DNA from: Armatimonadota bacterium
GTDB taxonomy: Bacteria > Armatimonadota > UBA5829
Length of the DNA stretch: 64,000 nucleotides
Direction of reading: 5' to 3'
NCBI GenBank assembly: GCA_050948905.1
Contig: JBMNES010000001.1
Coordinates: 2,592,083 to 2,656,082, forward strand
Shown: one piece after another, positions 57,395-64,000 of the stretch
How the letters are laid out: each line of letters begins with the position of its first letter
Numbering within the stretch: position 1 is the first letter of the stretch
Made by a program: the position numbers and the translations under genes
Notes under the pieces: model-generated
Told to the model about the DNA's origin: nothing
The model's database searches: none
What the model saw: the letters and a program-made list of their open reading frames with translations, nothing else

Positions 57395-59710
57395 TCAGTT
57401 CCCCTCGTATATTTGCACCAGTTCTTCTGTCTCTTCATCCGGCTCCACGTGACCGTATCTGTTTCTTTCGATCCACATCCGCAGGGCCAGATAGACTATG
57501 GGCAATATACCCGCCACAATGAAAATCGTATCACCGGGCAGCCTCAGCCATTCGAGAATCCTGACCGCGGGCTGCTGGAAGAATGTCGGCTGACGAGCAA
57601 ACCAGTAGCCATTGGTGAAACTGCTGAATAACTGTATCGTACCTATCGGCACCAAATTGACAAAGACCATCCAGGCAAGACCGATATTAAGACCCCAGAA
57701 CGAGGTCGCCATCGCGATCTCGCTTTTTCTGTCCGGCGGAATAAAATATCTGGCCGCAAACATAAAAAACCCAATCGCCAGCATACCATATACGCCCATT
57801 AAAGCAGCATGGGCGTGATTGGCGGTAAATTGTGTGCCGATTTCGTAGTAGCTGACGATAGGCAAATTAATAAGGAATCCGAATATTCCCGCCCCCAGGA
57901 AGTTCCAGAAACCGACCGCTATTAAGAACATAACCGCCCACTTATGCGGAAATTGTCTGGCCGGAGTACACATCGCGCACTCCTCCTGTTTATAGCTGCC
58001 CAGTTGTATAAACCGCCACGCCTCAAACGTGAGAAGCAGAAGAGGTATTACCTCCATAGCGGAGAAAAACGCGCCTAACGACATATGCGCTGCGGGCGCG
58101 CCGCTGAAGTAAAGATGGTGCATGGTGCCGATTACGCCGCCTACTGAATATAGAATAATATCTATATAGACAACCAAAGTGGCGTTTCTCGGCTTGACCA
58201 CACCCAATACTACGAATATGTAAGCCACCATAATCGTGGTGAACAGCTCCAAAAAGTCCTCGACCCAGAGGTGCACGACCCAGAACCTCCAGAAATCCAC
58301 CACCACAAAGTCGCTCATCTTGCCGTAAACCATCCCGACAGAGTAGAACACCGGGATCGATATGGCACTGAACAAGAATAGATACGGCAGATTGCCAGGG
58401 TGTTCTGAGGCAAGCCTGTTGCGCAAACCGCGTATCAGGATGATCACCCAGATCACCATCCCAGCAGTTAACAGCGCTTGCCATAGCCTGCCTAAATCGA
58501 GATACTCCCAGCCCTGCGCGCCTATCCACCACCAGGGCCCGGTTATGCCGAGTAAATTTTTAAGCGCAGCGGCTTCACCCAGCAGACTTCCTACCACAAC
58601 CAACACCACCGCCGCAAATAAGCCTATGGTGAGTTTGTCCTGGTGTTTCGGTTCACGGCGGGCGATAAGGGCGGCAAGGAAGATCCCCATCGCCAGATAT
58701 GCTGTGGCCACAAAGAAGATAGCCACTTGCACGTGCCACATTCGGGAGAGATTGTATGGCAGCAGTTTGGATAAGTTGAGGCCGTAGAAACCTGCTGGCT
58801 CGGCGTGATAGTGAGCATTTACACCTCCCAGCAGCCCCTGCACCAAAAACAAGCCAGCGACGACAAGGAAATACCACGCGGTGGCTCTCTGAGACGGAGT
58901 CAGTTTGACATCCTCCGGCGGTCGGAATTTGGCGACCTGATCCGGCGCTTCTTCGTCGTAGCGCTGCCACCCAAGCTCTGAATATTTGCCGAATATAAAC
59001 AAAACAATGCCTATGCCGCCGAGCAGGGCTATAAGGCTATAGACGCTCCAGATAAACGCGTCCGCTGTCGGAGCGTTACCGACCAGCTTTTCGCCGGGCC
59101 AGTTATTTGTAAACGAATAATTTCTACCGGGTCGATTGGCCGCAGACACCCACGCAGCCCATGAGAAATACGCCGTGAGCTTGTCGACCTCTGCCGGCTT
59201 CAGTTCCGGCCTGCGCAGACCTTCCTGCTCTTTGCCGAAAAACTTCGTATAATAAGTGCGCAGTTGCCCAAAGGCAAATGCCTGACCAGGGGTGTAAACA
59301 AGACTGTGGTTCGCCGGATTATAAGCGTTGTGCTTAAATTCCTTTTTGACACGATCCTCCGCAGAGCCGCGATCTTCACCCTCTTTTGTGTAAAAATCAA
59401 TTGCCGACACTGCAGACCTGTGAAGATACTCCGCCGTGAAATCCGGCCCGAGATAGGCGCCGTGTCCGAACAGGGTTCCGAACTGCATCAATCCGTATTT
59501 TTGAAACAAGTGCTGTCCGGTCATAATATCTGTGCGTGTGAACAACACCTCGCCCTGTTCGTTGAGTACTTTGTCAGGAATTGGTGGCTTTGCGGAATAA
59601 AGGTACGCGGCCAATATTCCCAGCACAGCAAAACCAATAATAAACGTAAGAATTGCAACTTGCGCCCATATGCTGGATACCAACATTGGTTTTCTTTGAG
59701 TGGTTTCCAT
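57395..59710 (-). CDS. norZ: nitric-oxide reductase large subunit, quinol-dependent (qNOR/NorZ type)
   Basis: 771 aa; about 280-aa N-terminal periplasmic extension followed by 12-TM heme-copper oxidase core with His ligands (GTMHHLYFSGAP, HHAHAALMG). Confidence 0.8.
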   Translation of the reverse strand: METTQRKPMLVSSIWAQVAILTFIIGFAVLGILAAYLYSAKPPIPDKVLNEQGEVLFTRTDIMTGQHLFQKYGLMQFGTLFGHGAYLGPDFTAEYLHRSAVSAIDFYTKEGEDRGSAEDRVKKEFKHNAYNPANHSLVYTPGQAFAFGQLRTYYTKFFGKEQEGLRRPELKPAEVDKLTAYFSWAAWVSAANRPGRNYSFTNNWPGEKLVGNAPTADAFIWSVYSLIALLGGIGIVLFIFGKYSELGWQRYDEEAPDQVAKFRPPEDVKLTPSQRATAWYFLVVAGLFLVQGLLGGVNAHYHAEPAGFYGLNLSKLLPYNLSRMWHVQVAIFFVATAYLAMGIFLAALIARREPKHQDKLTIGLFAAVVLVVVGSLLGEAAALKNLLGITGPWWWIGAQGWEYLDLGRLWQALLTAGMVIWVIILIRGLRNRLASEHPGNLPYLFLFSAISIPVFYSVGMVYGKMSDFVVVDFWRFWVVHLWVEDFLELFTTIMVAYIFVVLGVVKPRNATLVVYIDIILYSVGGVIGTMHHLYFSGAPAAHMSLGAFFSAMEVIPLLLLTFEAWRFIQLGSYKQEECAMCTPARQFPHKWAVMFLIAVGFWNFLGAGIFGFLINLPIVSYYEIGTQFTANHAHAALMGVYGMLAIGFFMFAARYFIPPDRKSEIAMATSFWGLNIGLAWMVFVNLVPIGTIQLFSSFTNGYWFARQPTFFQQPAVRILEWLRLPGDTIFIVAGILPIVYLALRMWIERNRYGHVEPDEETEELVQIYEGN

Positions 59711-59860
59711 CCCTGCCTCCTACATATCAGCTTAGCAGCCTGACTTATACTACCCCAATTTCCAACAAATATGCACCTATGGACGAGCTATTTTTGCAGT
59801 TTGTGATTTCTGGGATGCGGGAATATGCCATACAGCTTAAGTAAGTTGGGGGAATGTGAG

Positions 59861-60796
59861 ATGCGCGCTGCGGTATTTGACCCGGATGCGGTTGGACAGG
59901 TTGTGATACGTGACGTGGATATGCCGACTCTTAATCCATACGATGCGCTGGTGAAAGTAGCGGCTAGTTCTTTAACGCCGGCGGAGGAACGATATTCTCA
60001 ATCGAAATGTACGCCTACTCTGTTGGGCTGTGATGTTGCGGGAGTGGTCGAACAGGCTGCTACAGATGGCTCTGGGCCGAAACAAGGCGAGCGGGTGATT
60101 GGCCGAGTCCTGACAGGCTCGTGGGCGGAGTATGTAGCGGTTCCGACGAGGTCGCTTGCAATTTTGCCGGAGAATATCTCGTTTGAGCAGGGAGCTGCCT
60201 TGCCCACGTCAGCTTTGACCGCTCTTTATTTGTTAGAATCTGCGGGCGCGATAATGGGACGCAAGGTTTTGATAACAGCGGCGAATGGCGCGGTCGGGCA
60301 ATTCGCCTGCCAGATCGGTCGCATGATGGATGCGGTGGTTGTGGGGCAGGTGCGACGGCCGGAGCACATTGAACATGTAAGCAAGGCCGGAGCGGACCAC
60401 GTTGTAGTGAGCGCGGACGGCTCAGCCGCGCGTGAACTGGGGCCATATAAATTCATAGCGGAGGCAGTAGGAGGCGATGTGCTGGGTAATTGCCTGAGCG
60501 GAATGATCGCTGCAGATGGATTGTGCGCGGTATATGGCAGCATATCAGGCAAGGATACGACGTTTAACGTCTGGTCATTTATACCTCAAACACGAGCCTG
60601 GGTATATGCCTTTATTATCAGCAACGAGTTCGACCGCAAGCCTGCTGGCGAGGGTCTTGGCCGTGTGATTCAACTGGTTGTCGACGGCCGATTACAGATA
60701 CGCATCGGAATGCGCGAAAGCCTCGACAATATCGGAAGCGCGATTAAAGAACTCAACGAACACGGCGTTCTAGGGAAGGCGATAATTAATATGTAG
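59861..60796 (+). CDS. zinc-type/quinone oxidoreductase (MDR superfamily)
   Basis: MRAAVFDP... from internal Met with GGGGGA SD (ORF from 59825); AANGAVGQFACQIG nucleotide-binding motif. Confidence 0.65.
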   Translation: MRAAVFDPDAVGQVVIRDVDMPTLNPYDALVKVAASSLTPAEERYSQSKCTPTLLGCDVAGVVEQAATDGSGPKQGERVIGRVLTGSWAEYVAVPTRSLAILPENISFEQGAALPTSALTALYLLESAGAIMGRKVLITAANGAVGQFACQIGRMMDAVVVGQVRRPEHIEHVSKAGADHVVVSADGSAARELGPYKFIAEAVGGDVLGNCLSGMIAADGLCAVYGSISGKDTTFNVWSFIPQTRAWVYAFIISNEFDRKPAGEGLGRVIQLVVDGRLQIRIGMRESLDNIGSAIKELNEHGVLGKAIINM

Positions 60797-60852
60797 TGCA
60801 CCACAAGCGGGCGGAGGCGTCGTCCCCCACCCGCATCAAGACGTGCAGCAGC

Positions 60853-61617
60853 CTAAGACGCCAGTTTTTCCGAGGCGATTTGGGCTGCTTTTTTGCCGGA
60901 CAGAAGCATGCCTCCAAAGATCGGCCCCATACGGGGTGTGCCGAAGAATTGTGCTGTTGCCATTCCGGTCACGATGAGTCCGGGATAAATCTCTTTGGTG
61001 CCGTCTATTACCGCCCGCTCGCCCATTAGAGCGTTCATCGGCTCCTCGCCTTTAATGTTCAAAATGCCCCTCTTTGCAAGGCAGTTTGTGACTACAGCAT
61101 CATGCCCGGTGCAGTCCATGACGATCCGACTTTTGAATGTCAGCGGATCGACGTGTAGATTGGCTATCTGATAAGCCGTGTCATTGACCACCACGCCTGC
61201 CATCTCGCGATTGTCGTCAAAATGCACATCCTCAATGGAAAAGAAATTGAATATCTCAGCGCCGCAGTCTATTGCTTTTTTGATAAGCGCCGCCGCAAGA
61301 CCAACAGAGGAGACGACGAGATAACCATCAAGTTCTTTGGCGTGAAGATCGAACTCGTCGAGGATGGGAGAAACAGATTTCTCCAGCACCACCCGGTTGA
61401 AACCCTTGCCGCCGCCCCAAATACCTCCGCCTGGGGACATTCGCTTCTCCATAATTGTCACTTTGTGACCCTGCTGGGCAAGAGTATATCCTGCCACCAA
61501 GCCGCTTGGCCCCGCACCGACGATAATCACGTCGGATTCGAGCGAGTTGTTGAGGGCGGTAAAGTAGTCTGTGACAATGAGACGTGTGACGTCTGAGTCG
61601 TTGATGTTTTCGATCAT
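60853..61617 (-). CDS. thi4: thiazole synthase, Thi4 type
   Basis: 254 aa; VIIVGAGPSGLVAGYTL...IMEKRMSPGGGIWGGG and MDCTGHDA blocks of Thi4 family; preceded by TPP riboswitch. Confidence 0.85.
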   Translation of the reverse strand: MIENINDSDVTRLIVTDYFTALNNSLESDVIIVGAGPSGLVAGYTLAQQGHKVTIMEKRMSPGGGIWGGGKGFNRVVLEKSVSPILDEFDLHAKELDGYLVVSSVGLAAALIKKAIDCGAEIFNFFSIEDVHFDDNREMAGVVVNDTAYQIANLHVDPLTFKSRIVMDCTGHDAVVTNCLAKRGILNIKGEEPMNALMGERAVIDGTKEIYPGLIVTGMATAQFFGTPRMGPIFGGMLLSGKKAAQIASEKLAS

Positions 61618-61679
61618 GAGCTTCTCCTATGCGCTATAGGAGGCGAGGCTGCGGCCGGGGCGTAAATCCCAAACGTATA

Positions 61680-61790
61680 GTTGTCCGCGTTTCCTACGCC
61701 GGTATTAACCGGATCAGGTTCGAAGGGATGAAGCGGTTCTGCCCACTTCTCTCAGCCGTGCTCAGCCAGCACCCCTAGCGGTATTGTAAT
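61680..61790 (-). promoter_or_regulatory. TPP (THI-box) riboswitch
   Basis: Minus strand: ...CUAGGGGUGCUGGCUGAGCACGGCUGAGAGAAGUGGGCAGAACCGCUUCAUCCCUUCGAACCUGAUCCGGUUAAUACCGGCGUAGGAAACGCGG... contains the THI-element CUGAGA and ACCCUUxGAACCUGAUCxGGxUAAUxCCxGCGUAGGxA consensus; followed by an SD-containing hairpin and the thi4 AUG. Confidence 0.8.
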
Positions 61791-61919
61791 CGCTGCTATT
61801 ATAGCACAAACTGGCAGGCAGGGCGTTATATCATGTGACATGCGAGGGGGCTGTTAAGTCATTATGGCAGCGACACCGCATATCGTGGTAGAATTGAATA
61901 ATTCACTGCAGAGGCTGGT

Positions 61920-64000
61920 ATGTTGGCTCGGAGAACTACAACATTCGTGGCACTTCTGCTGCTGGCTTTAATTTGCGCCAGGGCGTCTGTTTTTGGCGCG
62001 ACTACCGAAAAGGCCCGCATCCTTGACGACCTCATTGTAACACCCTCCAAGGCCTCGGCCTATGTTAAAACTAATCGCGCTGATCTTACCGAGTTGGCGC
62101 TTGATCTTGTGATTTATAAATGGGCCGCCGCAACAGTCGATATGCCCGCCGATATTAAAAACGCGGAGGCTGTGATAACAGCAGCATCTAATGTGTTGTC
62201 CGATGGGTTGGTTAACTGGGCGCAGGAGACGTTTTCAACCTCGGAAATCATAGGCCCGGCGGCTATTCCGGCAGATACGGTACGCGTGGCACAGCTTACG
62301 GAACTGCGCAGGCAGATTGGTATGGCGCTGGATTATCGTAACTCGTCGCCGATTCAATCAGTTAACGCGCTGACGAGCGTGTTGGATAAATCCAGAGAAC
62401 TTCATCTCGACTTGACGGAGGCTCTGGTGTGCACGGTCCTGGGGCGGCAGTATCACTATGATATGTCGCGGTACCGGCTGGCTGAGGAGTGTTACGGCCG
62501 CGCGGGGTTGATATTCTCTGCGTATGATTGTGATGAGGCTGCTGCGATTGCTTATGACGAATACGGCAATCTCGGTGCGGAGATGGGCAGATGGCTGGTC
62601 GCAACGCAGAACTATAGCCTGGCTGCTCGATTATGGAATCAGTTGGCGAAGCAATATCCGGCTGAGAGCCGATATCGTCTGATGGCGGGCAGGGAGTTTA
62701 TCCGCGCAAGCGAGGCCCAAAGCGCGGCCGGGGATACGCAGAAATCCTTAGAGCTCGTCAATGCCGGCCTCGATAAACTACGCGAAGCCGCCGCTATGAC
62801 GAAGTCATACAACGAACTCATTAAAAACCTGATCACAGTCTCTAATCTATACCGCAGCCAGAATAATCTTCCTAAAGCCATAGAACTCCTTAACGCGGCG
62901 GCACGAGCGGGGGAGCAGTGCGATGATCCTTTGCTGGTGGCGCAGGTCCACGGCAGCTTATCGGCTGCATACAACGCCTCCAATCTGCCTGCCAGGGCGA
63001 AAGAAGAATCAGATAAACGGGATAAAATCCTGACCGATGCGGGAAAATCCGCTGAATCTGCTTTAGTCAAACTCGGCTCAGATACCCCCGTGCCGAAAGA
63101 TGAACAAGCGAAACTATTCACCATCACAGAACGAGGCGCTGATGCGCTGGTGCAGTTGGGCAAGAGCGATAAGGCTGCTGATATTTTGCTGAAATTGCTG
63201 GATGTATACAAACGAACATCGCTTATAGATGGTCAGATAAGATGCCTCAGATCATTGGCTAACACATACGACACGCAAAAGAAATCGACTGACGCGCTTG
63301 CCAGGCGGATGGAAGCAGCTACACTGGCGCTTAAGACCAACAGAAAAGTGCTCGGCGCGGAGATTATGAGGGAGATGGTGCAGTCGTTTATTGATGTCGG
63401 CGACCTCGATAACGCACTTGATACTCTGGCTGAGTTTTGGAACATAATGGAGCAGTCCGGCAACGTGCGCGGAGCTGCCGATGTGTTGGAAGTCAGGGGG
63501 ACTCTGCTTGCCAGCCACGGCAGATATGAAGCTGCGGTGCAGGACTTCCAAAAGGCACTTGAGAGATATTCCACACAGGTCGGCGACCCCTGGGCGGCGG
63601 CTGGGGTATCCCTTAAACTGGCAAGCGCATTAGACTCTTTGGACAAACCCGACGAGGCGGCCAGGGTGCTGGAAAAGGACCTGAAAGAGATTGAAACTCA
63701 GTATGCCGACGAGAATGTTGACCCAAATATCAGCCCGGAACGCGCCCGTTTAATGATGGGGTTATATCAGGAGTTGACGATAGCCTATATCCGTGATGAC
63801 CGGGCCGACTCTGCGAAAAGCCTGCTATCCAGAGCACGTCATTACACTTGGGTAAGCGAGTTATTGTCCCGGCTTAGAGCTTCAACGGACAAGGCGGTGG
63901 CAGAGTTCGCCAAATCCGTTGATATCGTGGGCAGCGACCCTGCACAGGGATCCTCTACACAGACACTGAACGGCCCGACTTTATTGGCGGATAACTGGTC
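61920..64000 (+). CDS. secreted tetratricopeptide-repeat protein (N-terminal part; runs off the window end)
   Basis: Open frame from ATG 61920 to window end (about 693 aa, no stop so not in ORF track); signal peptide MLARRTTTFVALLLLALICARASVFGA; repeated helical A-x-x-x-Y/L pairs typical of TPR. Confidence 0.65.
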   Translation, partial: MLARRTTTFVALLLLALICARASVFGATTEKARILDDLIVTPSKASAYVKTNRADLTELALDLVIYKWAAATVDMPADIKNAEAVITAASNVLSDGLVNWAQETFSTSEIIGPAAIPADTVRVAQLTELRRQIGMALDYRNSSPIQSVNALTSVLDKSRELHLDLTEALVCTVLGRQYHYDMSRYRLAEECYGRAGLIFSAYDCDEAAAIAYDEYGNLGAEMGRWLVATQNYSLAARLWNQLAKQYPAESRYRLMAGREFIRASEAQSAAGDTQKSLELVNAGLDKLREAAAMTKSYNELIKNLITVSNLYRSQNNLPKAIELLNAAARAGEQCDDPLLVAQVHGSLSAAYNASNLPARAKEESDKRDKILTDAGKSAESALVKLGSDTPVPKDEQAKLFTITERGADALVQLGKSDKAADILLKLLDVYKRTSLIDGQIRCLRSLANTYDTQKKSTDALARRMEAATLALKTNRKVLGAEIMREMVQSFIDVGDLDNALDTLAEFWNIMEQSGNVRGAADVLEVRGTLLASHGRYEAAVQDFQKALERYSTQVGDPWAAAGVSLKLASALDSLDKPDEAARVLEKDLKEIETQYADENVDPNISPERARLMMGLYQELTIAYIRDDRADSAKSLLSRARHYTWVSELLSRLRASTDKAVAEFAKSVDIVGSDPAQGSSTQTLNGPTLLADNW

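Overview
This is a 64-kb bacterial chromosomal segment of roughly 55% GC. About 58 protein genes are packed tightly and almost all lie on the minus strand; every gene from position 1 to 37227 is minus-strand. I found no rRNA, CRISPR array, transposase, integrase or phage genes.

Layout by region:

1. Positions 1-23.9 kb hold one long surface-polysaccharide gene cluster. Its left end is cut by the window edge. It contains:
- dTDP-sugar genes: a long-form rmlA, an RmlC-like cupin and rfbB.
- A small PglC-type initiating phosphoglycosyltransferase.
- A Wzc-like co-polymerase whose Walker A lysine is replaced.
- An ABC exporter whose wzm and wzt genes are 8 kb apart.
- An unusual block lying between wzm and wzt. 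In order it encodes a polyprenol-phosphate GT2, an ATP-grasp ligase, an MprF-type flippase-like TM protein, a dual GNAT, a WecE-class aminotransferase and an 813-aa YfhO-family GT-C protein.
- A polysaccharide pyruvyltransferase, a 12-TM protein and a run of GT4/GT2 transferases.

2. Positions 24-34 kb hold lipA, a sugar-phosphate isomerase, lepA, a Gfo/Idh/MocA oxidoreductase, a 949-aa secreted GH20-like hydrolase and valS.

3. Positions 34-44 kb encode hypothetical membrane and secreted proteins. They also carry a long ADP-ribosylglycohydrolase, a DUF1361-like protein abutting a four-PAS histidine kinase, a 5'-nucleotidase-type phosphoesterase, a DUF4185-like secreted protein, a eukaryote/archaea-like DRG-type GTPase and a standalone RfaE domain II.

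4. Positions 44-56 kb hold tsaC, prmC, prfA, a DUF1385 gene, rpmE, a DUF4091-like secreted protein, clpC, mcsB, mcsA (no ctsR is present), ilvE, a sugar-phosphate isomerase and a standalone tRNA-Ala(CGC) with its own promoter.

5. Positions 56.5-64 kb carry an operon of a quinol-type NO reductase, a DUF488 gene and an HPP-family gene. They also carry an MDR oxidoreductase, a Thi4-type thiazole synthase behind a clear TPP riboswitch, and the start of a large secreted TPR protein.

The most interesting candidate is the lipid-linked amino-sugar modification cassette embedded in the polysaccharide cluster. It includes a possible split MprF-like pair, an ATP-grasp ligase and a degenerate Wzc.
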